From the IMG/VR virus record IMGVR_UViG_3300023371_000086: a stretch of DNA of 64,000 nt; one strand, 5' to 3'. Origin of the DNA: an uncultured virus (IMG/VR IMGVR_UViG_3300023371_000086) (lineage: Duplodnaviria; Heunggongvirae; Uroviricota; Caudoviricetes). A program made the position numbers and the translations under genes. Each line of letters begins with the position of its first letter. Within the stretch, counting starts at the first letter, position 1. This document shows, in pieces, positions 1 through 10,888 of the stretch. Below the pieces are notes generated by a model. It was not told the DNA's origin, ran no database searches, and saw only the letters and a list, made by a program, of their open reading frames with translations.

Positions 1-3000
1 TACCCTTCCTGCAAGAGTGCCAAGATCGGAATCCAAGGCTCTCTTGGCTATGTCAGCATTCATGGTAGACAAGATAGCAGCAAGGTCATCAGAGCTGCTG
101 TATCCGTCAAGGAATGCCTTGACCTCATTCCAAGTATTGATGATGCCTTCTGCTTCCTCATCCATTCCGAGGACAGCTTCGATGTTGTCCACCTCGCCCT
201 GCAAGGTTTCAAGCGATGTCTTTGTAGCGTATGTAGAACCAATATCTGCTATCTTAGCATAAGGGATAAGGCTTTCCGTAATCTTTGCATCTGTCTCCTC
301 ATTAGTGTAGTAGTCCGACAGGTCAACATCTACATCCAAGTCCTTGAAAGCATCGGTCATGTTAAGGAGACCATCAATGATGTCTGTGTATTCATCGTCT
401 CCTACCTTTACTCCGATGATTCCACCTGCGGCTCCTGCGTCTCTACCTTTAGCAGTAGAAGACATGTCGCCTCCGATGATTACATTCTTGGCTATCCTAA
501 CATTGCGGTCAGTGACAAGATCACCTGTCTCCTCATCTATCTTCCATATGTCAGCCAATGTGGCTACAATGGTCAAAAGTGAGCCGAGGGTTTCTTCTCC
601 TGAAGCACCTATCCTAATCTGATCGCCAAAGTCTACCGAACCATCGTAGTTAATCCAGATAGCACCATTTCCAAGGTTGATACCCTTGTCTTTATCCCAC
701 TTGAACAGTCCGTCTGCGAAGTAGCCGGTGCCGTCATGCCTTATTACAGACTTAGCAGCGTTTTCCTTGTCATCATCTAGTTCAATATCTTTCATCAGAC
801 CTCCGAACCAGGCTGCAATGGATTGGTCTCCTTTTTCTTCTGTCTTGACACCACTTACACCTGCCATGTTATTGAGGTGGAGTATGCCTTTCAGCAAGTC
901 AAGCCAAGTATTTCCATCAGCACTCTTGATAGTGTCTGTAGTTATCTGACCAGGCAGAATCTCAGTAAAGCCATACATCGAAGCAAACGAACGATCTCCG
1001 TCTACCTCTGCATTGAGAATACCAACAAGCAGGTTGTAGTATCCTTCTTCTGCTTCAAGCTTGATCGACTCCTTCGACAGCAGAAATGTGCCTTGCTGAG
1101 AATCCTTCGACACCTTTGCATACAGATAGTATCCCGAATCCTTTTCCAGGGATTCAGAAGCATAAGCAGCCACATTCCACCTAAGATATTCATCGTTGGA
1201 ATGAACAGGACTGATGCTGTCTATCTCAAGTGTCATGTGCTTGATGAAAGCATCAGATACACTGAACACTCCATCGTTTGGATCGAACGAATACTCCAAC
1301 ACTGACGGGGCATCAGTGTCAAGGGACTGAGTGAACAAATACTGAAGACTCTTATCACCGACAACAGCAAGCATGGTCTCCACTGTTATAGGATTGATGC
1401 CTTCCGAGTAGTTATCGAAAGCATCAGACAGCATTTCAATGGTCTGCTTTATGTCAGTGTATCTTCTCTTCGTATATCGCCTGGCCTCCTCATACAGTTC
1501 AGCTACGTGAGCATCCTTATTCTCAATCTTGTTAAGCCTAGAGGACACAGTGGAAGAACCGACTGTGTTAGACAGCTCAATCTTAGGATAATGAGGGTTG
1601 TTCACATACTGAGTGATTCCTACTATTCTTACCAATGCAGGTTCGTCCGGGAACATCTTCTCATGGGTGAAGCTGACATAGCTTCCAATCCTCATCCTTG
1701 GTCCTATGGTATCCCAGTTTTTCTTGGCCCACATTCCGTCAATCTCTCCTGCGAAATTGAACTCAGAAACACATTTCTCATAAAGATACCTTGAAGCCTC
1801 CCTTAAGATGTCATACTCTGCACCTGAATAGGTAGTAGCATCTGATATGTATGAAGCAGGGAGATACACGTTAAAAACAGCATACGAATCGTCTACCTTT
1901 GGAATGAACGAATCCTGTGGCATTGGCTGTCCATCGAACTCCTGCTTTATGAGCTGAAATCTTTTCTTGTCTGACAGGTAGTTTGCGTTAAGCTCACGAC
2001 CTGCAAGCATGCCAGACTGGAACACAACTGTAAGGGGTTCGTTGTTTTCCATGAGGCATTCGTTGAAATCAAGACTATCCGGAATGGTATTGTCAATGAT
2101 GTCAATCTGAACTTCATTCCAATCATCTGCAGTCCATGATGATTCCGGGGTGGTGTACTCATTACCTTTGAAGATATACACTACTCCTGTAACCTTGCAT
2201 ACTCTGCTAGGATATACCTCACTCAAGTCAAGGCTGTCTTCCCTACCACCTGTCATTCCATCAACTGACACAGACATTCCGTCTGCATCTGTTTTGAACG
2301 ACTTTGCATATTTTTCAACGAATCCTTCTTCTCCTTCGAACTTGTTTCCGTCAAACTTGAATGACAATAACTTTGGCAAGTGAAGCTCAGACGAGCCATA
2401 CTCCTTAAGAGAGATATTCCTGCTTCCTCCCTGCACGAACAATCTTTGAACAGGAAGACCATCATCTACGCTAGTTCTCTGTATGCCAGGACGGAATCCG
2501 TTACCCTTTCCATACGACAGAGCCAACGGATCATCTTTGAAGTATTCTACCTTCTTTAGACTGATAACCTTTCCAACTACCTCTATTTCAGTGCTGAAAG
2601 TATCAGCTATGCTTACGAGGGCTTCTTCGCAATTTGTATGATTGTAAGAAACAAGCTTCTCAACAGAATCAATGCAGTTACCTATTGACCATCCTCCGTC
2701 TCTTGAGTTAAGATTGTCAACAATCATCTGCAGATGCTCATGAGGCTTTGCAACAAGATCGAACTTCAATCTTCTGTCAACCATGTTGCAGACCTTGTAT
2801 CTTGACACCAAGGCAAAGTAAGAAGACAGAACAACTGTGTAGTCATAGTTCTCCGTGTGATTCATCTTCACATCGGCATCTGACATCACCTCATATCTGT
2901 TGCCTTCGAAGTTGCACCATGCACCTATAGGAATCTCCACATGCCTATCAAGAGTGAAGTGCAAAGTGAGCCTATCCTTGTTATCAAGACCACAATAAAG

Positions 3001-3063
3001 ACTTGACTTGTCGGAAACCTTTGTCTCCAACAAAACATTATCGTATGAATCGTATATAATCAT
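1..3063 (-). CDS. Tail tip / host-specificity protein, partial (runs off left edge)
   Basis: Absent from the ORF track. ATG at 3063 begins MIIYDSYDNVLLETKVSDKSSLYCGLDNKDRLTLHF, 4 bp after the Dit-like stop; the segment near the edge reads like a fibre shaft (VDLSDYYTNEETDAKI). Follows the tape measure and Dit-like genes. Confidence 0.75.
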   Translation of the reverse strand, partial: MIIYDSYDNVLLETKVSDKSSLYCGLDNKDRLTLHFTLDRHVEIPIGAWCNFEGNRYEVMSDADVKMNHTENYDYTVVLSSYFALVSRYKVCNMVDRRLKFDLVAKPHEHLQMIVDNLNSRDGGWSIGNCIDSVEKLVSYNHTNCEEALVSIADTFSTEIEVVGKVISLKKVEYFKDDPLALSYGKGNGFRPGIQRTSVDDGLPVQRLFVQGGSRNISLKEYGSSELHLPKLLSFKFDGNKFEGEEGFVEKYAKSFKTDADGMSVSVDGMTGGREDSLDLSEVYPSRVCKVTGVVYIFKGNEYTTPESSWTADDWNEVQIDIIDNTIPDSLDFNECLMENNEPLTVVFQSGMLAGRELNANYLSDKKRFQLIKQEFDGQPMPQDSFIPKVDDSYAVFNVYLPASYISDATTYSGAEYDILREASRYLYEKCVSEFNFAGEIDGMWAKKNWDTIGPRMRIGSYVSFTHEKMFPDEPALVRIVGITQYVNNPHYPKIELSNTVGSSTVSSRLNKIENKDAHVAELYEEARRYTKRRYTDIKQTIEMLSDAFDNYSEGINPITVETMLAVVGDKSLQYLFTQSLDTDAPSVLEYSFDPNDGVFSVSDAFIKHMTLEIDSISPVHSNDEYLRWNVAAYASESLEKDSGYYLYAKVSKDSQQGTFLLSKESIKLEAEEGYYNLLVGILNAEVDGDRSFASMYGFTEILPGQITTDTIKSADGNTWLDLLKGILHLNNMAGVSGVKTEEKGDQSIAAWFGGLMKDIELDDDKENAAKSVIRHDGTGYFADGLFKWDKDKGINLGNGAIWINYDGSVDFGDQIRIGASGEETLGSLLTIVATLADIWKIDEETGDLVTDRNVRIAKNVIIGGDMSSTAKGRDAGAAGGIIGVKVGDDEYTDIIDGLLNMTDAFKDLDVDVDLSDYYTNEETDAKITESLIPYAKIADIGSTYATKTSLETLQGEVDNIEAVLGMDEEAEGIINTWNEVKAFLDGYSSSDDLAAILSTMNADIAKRALDSDLGTLAGRV

Positions 3064-3066
3064 TCT

Positions 3067-3885
3067 TTATTCTCCTATGCATCCGAATGTCAATTCAAAC
3101 TCCCACCAGCTTCTACCTGAGTAATCAAAGTCTACAGAGTTGCAACTCTTGTAATAGACCTTTGTATCTCTGCCTTTCCATGATATTGTCCTTTCTCCTT
3201 CTTTCGTGAGGTTCAAGAACAGTGCATCACGTTTATTCCAGAAGTCAGCCTTGTCATCAGACCTCATAATCAGCCTAAATCTCACATCGCCCCTTTCAAC
3301 ATAAATGCCTGACTCGTTCGAATGTTCCTGGCCATCACTGTAGTCTGACTCCTCAAGCTTATTTTCCTTCATTCTGATGTCCGGGAACAGACCATCTATA
3401 CTTCCTGAAAGCAGACATCCGTACTTGGAAACATCCACTCCGTCAAGCGATAATCCAACCAACTTCCCAGAGGATGAAGGCTCCACGTAAACAAGTCCTA
3501 CTCTTGGATCATCATCATACATGTCAACCTTAATGTTGCAGATTGAGCAAATCCTGCTTGCTCCTACATCGAAAACTCTGAGAGTGCGTGTCCTTTCGAT
3601 GTCTACCATTTCTACAGCATGGGTTCTCTTGGACATTATGAAGTCAACGAACGATTGAAGCATATCCATCGTTCCTTTCATCATGAATCTGAACGACATA
3701 TTATGGCTTTCAACACATGGAGAAGACAAGTCAACCTCTACATCATTGCTCTCGAACCATTCGTTCTTTTCCGGAGCCTTCATTTCAGAGAAGGCAGGAA
3801 CATCATCATAGCCTCCATCGACTATGTATGCTCCGTAAGTGGACTTGATGTCCACTCCATCTATGAGTACCTTTCCTGTTATCAT
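3067..3885 (-). CDS. Distal tail (Dit-like) protein
   Basis: 272 aa directly after the tape measure gene; internal duplication (IDGVDIKSTYG / LDGVDVSKYG). Confidence 0.6.
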   Translation of the reverse strand: MITGKVLIDGVDIKSTYGAYIVDGGYDDVPAFSEMKAPEKNEWFESNDVEVDLSSPCVESHNMSFRFMMKGTMDMLQSFVDFIMSKRTHAVEMVDIERTRTLRVFDVGASRICSICNIKVDMYDDDPRVGLVYVEPSSSGKLVGLSLDGVDVSKYGCLLSGSIDGLFPDIRMKENKLEESDYSDGQEHSNESGIYVERGDVRFRLIMRSDDKADFWNKRDALFLNLTKEGERTISWKGRDTKVYYKSCNSVDFDYSGRSWWEFELTFGCIGE

Positions 3886-6800
3886 AGCATTGTCACTCCT
3901 CTGTTCTTTATTACCTCTATATCACTGCTTATTGCTGCGATGTTTGTCGAAATGGTAGAGAGGTATGCCGTATTCCTTTCAATCGCCGTAAGCCTTGATA
4001 TGATTTGTGCGCTGTATGCTCCATTCTTCTTGCACTCCTCATTGATGGAGTATGTGTGACTCTGTATTGCTGTCAGCCTTGCGTTGTTTTCATCAACGCT
4101 CTCCTGCGATGCGGTTGCGATTCCTTTCTTTGAAGGTTCTCTATCGGGACCACCTTCATCCTCTCCTGAGAGTGCTCCACCAGTCACCTCGTCTACACCT
4201 GCCAGGTAATCGTTGATATGAGGAGCAAGCTCGTTCGCCTGCTCAAGAAGACCTGCAAGTATTGAGAGAGCACCTTCAGTATCACCAACAGCAACCAAAT
4301 CTGCCATCTGCTGTGCTGCTTCATCTGTGAAGATGCTTTCAAGCAACTTGGATTCAATAACAGCCTTTGCCATAGCCTTTGCATAGTCTCCTAGAACATC
4401 CTTGGCATTAGCAATAGCATTGCCGGTCTCTATCCAGGAATCAATCATGCTGTCTGCTACAGTGGAAGACATTGTACCGAACAGAGACTTGACATAGTCA
4501 TTTATCTCTGCCACTGTCTCACCGTAAGCCTCCCAATCAGCTATCATGCTTTCTACAGTCTGGCGAGTCTCGTCAGACAGACCTTCTCCATACGAATCCA
4601 ACCATGCTTTGAGACCTTCTGTATCAAGTGCACCGGATTCATCTATAAAGTCCGAAAGATTGGCAACATGGATATTTTCAACACCACTTCCCCAATACTT
4701 CTGCCAAGTGCTTCTCATGTCTGAAACAAGGGCTGTATCACCTTGAGCCATTATCTCATCAAGCTTGTCTCTTACTTTCTTACTCAATGAAGCCCAAGAC
4801 CTGTCTGAGAACATGTCCATGTAATAGTCAGTGTAGTCGAATGTCGACATACTTCCAAGAGACTCTTTCAGCTCATCAAGCTTCTTCTTTGCTCCTTCTG
4901 ACTTTTCTATGAATTCTCCGAGTGCATCGTTTCCGAAAGCTGTATCATACTTCTCCTTGAGTTTCTGATCAGTCAATTCTTCCAGAGCTCTTCTATATTC
5001 GTCTGCTGCTTTTGCTGATGCTAGGTAAGCCTGCTTATTCTCCTCTGCTGCATTTGTAAAGAACTGAACAACCTTGATTGCTGCAGAGATTACAGCAAGC
5101 ACTGCAGAAGCCTTTTCTGCAGCAGAAGCAGCCTCTCCAATAGTCTTGATGCCATTTGCCATACCAACAGCCGCACTGGCAATTCCGCCTACTCCAGCAA
5201 GAACTTCTCCGGCTACTCCTGGGATGACATCTCCTAGTTCTCCGAACACTGAACCTGCATCGTTAATTACTTTTGACAGTTCAGTCCAGTTTGCCTTGCT
5301 TTCCTTAGTGGTGTCGTTCGAATTAGATATGGCTGTTTCAAGCGATTCGATTGCAGCCTCTGCCTGTGCTATCTCAAGTTCGTCAACACCTTCTGTATTC
5401 TTTAGAATAGAAAGTCTAGCCTTTGCAAGAGCCAACATCTTATTCAGCTCTGTAATAGCTATAGAAGATAACGAGTCAGCCCATGATTCGAAAGCATCAC
5501 TCTTATCTGCGTAGTTCTCAGCTACCTCCTCAATGGCTTCCTTCTTCTGGCGTTCAAGTTCTCTGACATTATCATCGTCGAATCCAGCCTTGAAAGTCTT
5601 TCCGTCTTCCTCGTACATCTTCTTACGCTTCTCATCGTATTCCTTCTCTATACGAGTGACAGCCTGCTGATAGGTCTCAAACTCTTTCAGAAGGTCCTGC
5701 AGTTCTTCCTTGATCTTATCACTCTTTTCCTTGTTGGCTTCGTTGATTTCGATATCAGCCATCTGCTTTTCAACCTCTACCATTCTTGCGAAACTTTCCT
5801 CAAGCTCCTTGGTATCCTTACCGGCTGCTTCGTAGATAGCCTTGTATGCCTCAAGCTCATCATTGAGAGCATCAATCTTCTCGTCTCTCTCAAGTTCTAT
5901 GAGCTTTATTTCATCGTCTGTCTGAGCCTTCTTAAGGTCATACTCTGCCTTTCTTGAAGCCTCAGCGACCTTCTCTGCTGTCTGCTGTGCCTTCTTGATG
6001 GCATTTTCCTCATATTCTTCTTCCTTTGGCTTATTCTTGTCTCTGTTAGCCTTAATCTGAGCAAGGAATGAGTCCACGTTGGCTATGGCATCAGTAATCT
6101 GCTGCTCTGTAGCGAATGTGATGTCCTCTCCGGAAACAAGCGAATAATCCTGCTCCTGCTTTGTCTCCTTGAACTTACTGAGGATTTCGGCAAGATCCTT
6201 CTTTGTCTGATTCAACTGCTCCTCAGTCAGAGTCTTCAGACCTTTATTGAAGTCGGATGTATCAGCACCAAAACCAAACATGGTTCTAGCATTGTTGATG
6301 AACTCATCCTGCTGAACATTCAGGTCATTGAGGTCAGCTATGTAGTCACGGATAGGATTCTGAATGGCTGTGAACTTCTTGCCAGTGTTATCAGTTCCCT
6401 TGAGCACCTTGTCGAAACTCTTGATGACATTCTCAGTCTCCTGGTCAAGAGCTTCGCCCTGGAAGATGTTCTTCCATATCTTCGAATACGTGCGAGCTGC
6501 ATCTTCTGTGCTTATGCCTTTGGCTCCGTAGATAGTCTCCTGGAGCTTCTTGAGCTTACCAGTGACATCCTTGTCATATCTCTCGGTCTCCTCCTCTACA
6601 TACTTGTCGTACATCCTTGCGTTAGCTGAATCCTGTATAGCCTTTGCAAGGACATCGTACTTTGTAGAAAGGTCTCCAACTCTCTCTATCTCATCAGCAA
6701 GAGTTGAATCGTACTTACCGAAGTTCTTGACAATCTCATCCTTGATTTCGTAGTATTCTGCAGAACCTTTCTTGGCAGCAGACAATCTGCCTTTGAGTTC

Positions 6801-8030
6801 ATCAAGCTTCTTGATCTCCGAACCGGCAGAAGCAGATGCCTCAGAGAAAGCATCGTTCAATCGTTTCTGTGCCTTCTCTGCCTCAGTCTGATATGTAATG
6901 AGCTTGTAGATACCGAAACCTAGTGCAGTTACAGCTGCTGCTGCAAGTACATAAGGATTGGTCAAGGCTTTGCCAAGACCCTTCATGGTAGTGAGAAGCT
7001 TCTTCTTTGCTTCAGTGAGAAGCTTTGTAGCTGCTGCAGCTTTAGCCTGCTGTATGGTGAGGTTATGATGCTGTGCTGCTACAATACCAATCTCAACAGC
7101 AGCTCTCTCCATTACCATAGTGTGAACCTTCTGAACAGCTGTAGTTGCTACAAGCGCTGCTCTATAGGTTCCATAAACACCTGCTATCTCAACTATGATG
7201 CGACCTACCTTTTCGTAGTTATCTATGAGGGTGGAAGCTGTCTGAATTGCACCAGATGCAAGACCTTGCGTCTTGGTACCAATCTCATTCAGCATCATGT
7301 CCCAGGCATCCTCAAGGTTGCTTATCTGACCGGTGAGAGAGCTTGACTGCTTCTCCATGAGGTTGTAGAACTTACCTCCTTCGTTGGTCATTGCGTGGAT
7401 AGCCTTCTCAACTTCAGGGAAGCCAACCTTACCTTCTGTAACAAGCTCACCAATTTTATCCTTGGTGACACCGAACTGCTTTGCAAGCTCATCAGCCAAT
7501 GGAATACCACGACCCATGAACTGCCTCAAATCCTGCGTAAACAGACGACCCTGTGTCATAGTTGTGCCATAAAGGTACACAAGGTCATTCAACGGAATCG
7601 ACAGTCCGGAAGCGATGTTTCCAAGCCTTACAAGGGTTTCGTTTACTTCCTCCGATGCTGTACCATAAGCAAGGAGCTGTTTTGCTCCATGTGCTATATC
7701 AGAAAGACCGAATGGAGTCTTTGCTGCGGTTGCTGTCAACTGTGCCATAAGAGCATCAGCCTTCTCCTGGCTTCCAAGCATTGTCTCCATTGCAATACCT
7801 AGCTGCTGGTATTCGCCTCTTACTCTTACTATATCAGAAATCAGCTTGGTAGCAGTGAATCCTGCTCCAAGTGAAGCTATCCCACTTCCAAGCTTCTTGA
7901 AGATAGCCTCCATTTCATTGCCTTCTTTCTCTACTTTCTTCGTGGTCTCAGAAACCTTATCCTGCACCTGACGAACCTTGTTGAGAAAGTCTCTATTGTC
8001 TGCTGTGATATGAAACTCCAAACCTGCCAT
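3882..8030 (-). CDS. Tail tape measure protein
   Basis: 1382 aa, Ala/Lys/Glu-rich helical; tape-measure motifs AAKTPF, LGNIASG, QDLRQFMGRGIP, GQISNLEDAW. Confidence 0.95.
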   Translation of the reverse strand: MAGLEFHITADNRDFLNKVRQVQDKVSETTKKVEKEGNEMEAIFKKLGSGIASLGAGFTATKLISDIVRVRGEYQQLGIAMETMLGSQEKADALMAQLTATAAKTPFGLSDIAHGAKQLLAYGTASEEVNETLVRLGNIASGLSIPLNDLVYLYGTTMTQGRLFTQDLRQFMGRGIPLADELAKQFGVTKDKIGELVTEGKVGFPEVEKAIHAMTNEGGKFYNLMEKQSSSLTGQISNLEDAWDMMLNEIGTKTQGLASGAIQTASTLIDNYEKVGRIIVEIAGVYGTYRAALVATTAVQKVHTMVMERAAVEIGIVAAQHHNLTIQQAKAAAATKLLTEAKKKLLTTMKGLGKALTNPYVLAAAAVTALGFGIYKLITYQTEAEKAQKRLNDAFSEASASAGSEIKKLDELKGRLSAAKKGSAEYYEIKDEIVKNFGKYDSTLADEIERVGDLSTKYDVLAKAIQDSANARMYDKYVEEETERYDKDVTGKLKKLQETIYGAKGISTEDAARTYSKIWKNIFQGEALDQETENVIKSFDKVLKGTDNTGKKFTAIQNPIRDYIADLNDLNVQQDEFINNARTMFGFGADTSDFNKGLKTLTEEQLNQTKKDLAEILSKFKETKQEQDYSLVSGEDITFATEQQITDAIANVDSFLAQIKANRDKNKPKEEEYEENAIKKAQQTAEKVAEASRKAEYDLKKAQTDDEIKLIELERDEKIDALNDELEAYKAIYEAAGKDTKELEESFARMVEVEKQMADIEINEANKEKSDKIKEELQDLLKEFETYQQAVTRIEKEYDEKRKKMYEEDGKTFKAGFDDDNVRELERQKKEAIEEVAENYADKSDAFESWADSLSSIAITELNKMLALAKARLSILKNTEGVDELEIAQAEAAIESLETAISNSNDTTKESKANWTELSKVINDAGSVFGELGDVIPGVAGEVLAGVGGIASAAVGMANGIKTIGEAASAAEKASAVLAVISAAIKVVQFFTNAAEENKQAYLASAKAADEYRRALEELTDQKLKEKYDTAFGNDALGEFIEKSEGAKKKLDELKESLGSMSTFDYTDYYMDMFSDRSWASLSKKVRDKLDEIMAQGDTALVSDMRSTWQKYWGSGVENIHVANLSDFIDESGALDTEGLKAWLDSYGEGLSDETRQTVESMIADWEAYGETVAEINDYVKSLFGTMSSTVADSMIDSWIETGNAIANAKDVLGDYAKAMAKAVIESKLLESIFTDEAAQQMADLVAVGDTEGALSILAGLLEQANELAPHINDYLAGVDEVTGGALSGEDEGGPDREPSKKGIATASQESVDENNARLTAIQSHTYSINEECKKNGAYSAQIISRLTAIERNTAYLSTISTNIAAISSDIEVIKNRGVTML

Positions 8031-8033
8031 AGA

Positions 8034-8738
8034 CTACTCCTCCAACATTGCTTTGATTTTCTCGAAATTCTTCGGATCGGAAGCATTAATAACTTCCCTG
8101 TCAGCCGACACATGGAGTTTCTTCATGTCATCCTTGCTTAGATACATAGAAACCACTGAATCGGCGGTAATCATTCTGAGGTTGGTGTAAGATATTCCCC
8201 ATACAACGTAGTCAAAGGACCAGCCATATCGCTCACATGCGGAGTCAATCAAGGTGCCGTAAACAGTCTTGCCACCGAAAGACAGATTGCCCTTGTCTCT
8301 CTTGTATCTGACAATCTTCTGAACCAACTGTCTTTCCTTGTCAATGCCGTACTCCTTGATGAATCTGTCAGAGCTGTCTTGAGTGAGTACCATCATAAGC
8401 AAAGTCGCCAACTCCTTGTCATCAAGGGTTGACAAGATCGAGCATCTATGCTCAATCAGCTCATTGTCGAAATGGTCTTCTTTGTCTTTGACTGTATAGA
8501 ATGAGATAAGCCTTACTACATTCTCCCTACTGAAACGACACAGACGTGCTGCTTCTGAAAAGGGGTCTTCCGAAAGTCTCTGCTGACTTACTTTCATGGA
8601 ATCAAGAAGCCTGGCAACAAGATACATCTTGCCAAGGCTTGCATGGAATAGATTCATCCTTTCTTTGCCAACTGAAAAAGCGATAGGGCGCTCTATAATG
8701 GCATCTGTTAATTCGTTGTATATCTCTCTTGATTCCAT
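8034..8738 (-). CDS. Tail assembly chaperone
   Basis: Between major tail and tape measure genes; FGGKTVYG...WSFDYVVWGISYTNL; start revised to ATG 8738 (MESREIY). Confidence 0.6.
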   Translation of the reverse strand: MESREIYNELTDAIIERPIAFSVGKERMNLFHASLGKMYLVARLLDSMKVSQQRLSEDPFSEAARLCRFSRENVVRLISFYTVKDKEDHFDNELIEHRCSILSTLDDKELATLLMMVLTQDSSDRFIKEYGIDKERQLVQKIVRYKRDKGNLSFGGKTVYGTLIDSACERYGWSFDYVVWGISYTNLRMITADSVVSMYLSKDDMKKLHVSADREVINASDPKNFEKIKAMLEE

Positions 8739-8759
8739 TGCCTTTTTACTATTGGCGTA

Positions 8760-8810
8760 GAGAGAGGGGGTCAGTCCTCTCTCCACATGTGCGACAATTA
8801 AGCCTGTCGC
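8760..8810 (-). terminator. Two hairpins after the major tail gene (possible terminator or stabiliser)
   Basis: GAGAGAGG/CCTCTCTC and GCGACA/TGTCGC inverted repeats; no strong U-tract. Confidence 0.35.
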
Positions 8811-8816
8811 ATAGCC

Positions 8817-9317
8817 TTATGCCTTAGCCTGTGAAACAGACGTGATAGACTTTCCGTCTGCACCTCTTTCGATAGTGACAACACCCCACTCAACCTGAGA
8901 GCCTTCGTTAGGCTGCAGAGCATCGTGAGTGTAGACAATTGCTCCACCCTCTGCTGTTGAATAGGTATCCTCTGCTGAAACAACAGACTTCTTGATCATG
9001 ATACCAGGAACAGTAGGGTCCTCCGGCTGAACAGCTACAGCATACTCACCTTCAACAACACCATCAAGTGCAGCGAAAGGCATTGTCTTGCCCTTTGCAA
9101 CACGAATCTGATATGCGAGTGCGTATGTGTTTCTTCCGTACTTTACATCCTCGTTGGCACCACCCTCAAGCTTTGCTTCTGTCTTGTCGCCTTTGGTGGT
9201 AGTGAGGCTTGTAGTATCCTCAGCAGGTGTAGGAACCTCTGACCATGTGGTAGGCTCTCCGCTTGCATCAAGCTTCGAGATTACGATAGTGGGTCTTCCC
9301 CAACCGATAACTGCCAT
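8817..9317 (-). CDS. Major tail (tube) protein
   Basis: 166 aa, MAVIGWGRP...EDTTSLTTTKGDKTEAKLEGG; position in tail module. Confidence 0.75.
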   Translation of the reverse strand: MAVIGWGRPTIVISKLDASGEPTTWSEVPTPAEDTTSLTTTKGDKTEAKLEGGANEDVKYGRNTYALAYQIRVAKGKTMPFAALDGVVEGEYAVAVQPEDPTVPGIMIKKSVVSAEDTYSTAEGGAIVYTHDALQPNEGSQVEWGVVTIERGADGKSITSVSQAKA

Positions 9318-9342
9318 AGTAAAACTTACTTTTTTTGATTAC

Positions 9343-9774
9343 TTACTCCGTGCATACATTCACACGAATCTTATGATTGATTGCGTGGAAATCTTCTCCG
9401 TTGACTTCGTACAGCTTTTGAGACTCAAGCTTGTACCTTAATCCGAATTCCTGTCTTCCGGTTTCGTCTGAAGCATAGACAACTACTCCTTCTTCAAGGA
9501 TGTCAAGACACTTTCTCATAAGCGGCTTGACTCTGTCATCGTTGTATATGAACTCTTTTCCTCTCTTGATGTCCGGAACATAGACATTGATATTGAGTAT
9601 GAAAGGCTGAATCTGACCTGCTCCTGTAGCAAGAACCGAAATGACTACATCCTCTACCTTGGAATTGAGAGGGCGTCTGTCTCTGTAGACAGAACCACTG
9701 ATCATCCTTGACAGTTCGGATGCTTTAATGAGCGTAAAGAACGCCTCCTTTATTTCGATTTCTGACAGTATCAT
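9343..9774 (-). CDS. Tail terminator / completion protein
   Basis: 143 aa, RPLNSKVEDVVI...NINVYVPD; synteny. Confidence 0.6.
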   Translation of the reverse strand: MILSEIEIKEAFFTLIKASELSRMISGSVYRDRRPLNSKVEDVVISVLATGAGQIQPFILNINVYVPDIKRGKEFIYNDDRVKPLMRKCLDILEEGVVVYASDETGRQEFGLRYKLESQKLYEVNGEDFHAINHKIRVNVCTE

Positions 9775-10241
9775 TTCTTGAACTTACCTATCTGCTCGTC
9801 TATTCTCTTTATCATCTTCGGGAGTTCTCTTTCTACGAAAAGGGATGAAGAAGCAAGCACATCCTTATTCTCCATCTCCTCCACGTAGGAAGCGTAGTTC
9901 ATACCTGCTACGACTATGAGGACATACTTTCCTGGGTAGTCTTTCGCCACTTCTGCAGCGAATTCCTTTCCTTCGCTAGGACCTTCTGTACCATCTAGAA
10001 TCTGGGAGAAGCCTCCCCTTCTTACGATACCTCCATCCTTTGCTATGACATAACCTATTGAAGACCTTAGGTTTCCAGTCTGGTCATACCAGCTTTCTGC
10101 ACCTGTCCTGTTCCTTGCGTAAATCACTGCCTCCTCTCCGAGCCTTTGAAGGTTGCGAATCACAACCTTGTCCATCCTTTCGATTGAGCTCTTGATGTAC
10201 TCCTGGATTTCAGACATTTCGGTCTTGCATTTTATAGCCAT
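9771..10241 (-). CDS. HK97 gp10-like tail/neck protein
   Basis: DQTGNLRSSIGY and AGMNYASYVE motifs. Confidence 0.8.
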   Translation of the reverse strand: MAIKCKTEMSEIQEYIKSSIERMDKVVIRNLQRLGEEAVIYARNRTGAESWYDQTGNLRSSIGYVIAKDGGIVRRGGFSQILDGTEGPSEGKEFAAEVAKDYPGKYVLIVVAGMNYASYVEEMENKDVLASSSLFVERELPKMIKRIDEQIGKFKK

Positions 10242-10555
10242 AGCTTTGCGTTTAACTGTCCTCTGTGGAATCCGTGTGAGGTAAACTTTCCTCTGCTCAC
10301 TCCTGACTGATCGAACAATTCGACTTCATCACCGTAGGAAATCTCCGGGCAATCTGAATCTAGATAGACCATGTAGGAATACATATAGACACTGCCATCT
10401 TCTAGAGCTATGGTATTGGCTCTGCCGTTTGGCTCGTATCTACAAGGGATTCCTTCTATAGTCTTCTCACCTCCCTTGATGTACTTTCCGGTGCCATCGT
10501 AGGCACCGGGAAGCGACACCTTTAGTGTGAGATTGTGAGGTCTGAAATTAACCAT
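10232..10555 (-). CDS. Head closure / head-tail adaptor
   Basis: 107 aa; synteny between connector and gp10-like gene. Confidence 0.55.
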   Translation of the reverse strand: MVNFRPHNLTLKVSLPGAYDGTGKYIKGGEKTIEGIPCRYEPNGRANTIALEDGSVYMYSYMVYLDSDCPEISYGDEVELFDQSGVSRGKFTSHGFHRGQLNAKLWL

Positions 10556-10872
10556 TACCAGTCAAGGGGTTTTACAGTGGGAGTCTCTAGACCAAAGAGC
10601 GGCTCTCCGTATTTTCCGTAGATACCATTCGCTATGGAAATCATCGACGACTTGTCGTTGAAAGATATGCTGACACCACCTTCTGAAACATTAGGTGTCA
10701 TGACAACAGTCTTGATAATGTCAGCCTTGGCAAGTTCGAATGGCTTACTAGATGCACTGAATGCATCGAATTCATTGTCAAGAACTAGTCCTCTTGAGAT
10801 TGCTATTACCTCAAGCTCACCATCATTGACATAGAATGGAAACGATTTACGGAGGGCTTCTCTTACAGTCAT
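10555..10872 (-). CDS. Head-tail connector protein
   Basis: 105 aa after capsid gene; PNVSEGGVSIS motif. Confidence 0.6.
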   Translation of the reverse strand: MTVREALRKSFPFYVNDGELEVIAISRGLVLDNEFDAFSASSKPFELAKADIIKTVVMTPNVSEGGVSISFNDKSSMISIANGIYGKYGEPLFGLETPTVKPLDW

Positions 10873-10888
10873 AAAGCTACACTACTAC

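Noticed and set aside
17..2930. Many short ORFs on both strands in the first 3 kb
   Set aside because: Shadows of the long minus-strand tail gene that the track omitted because its stop is outside the window
8034..8738. Programmed frameshift in the tail chaperone
   Set aside because: One continuous ORF fills the space to the tape measure gene
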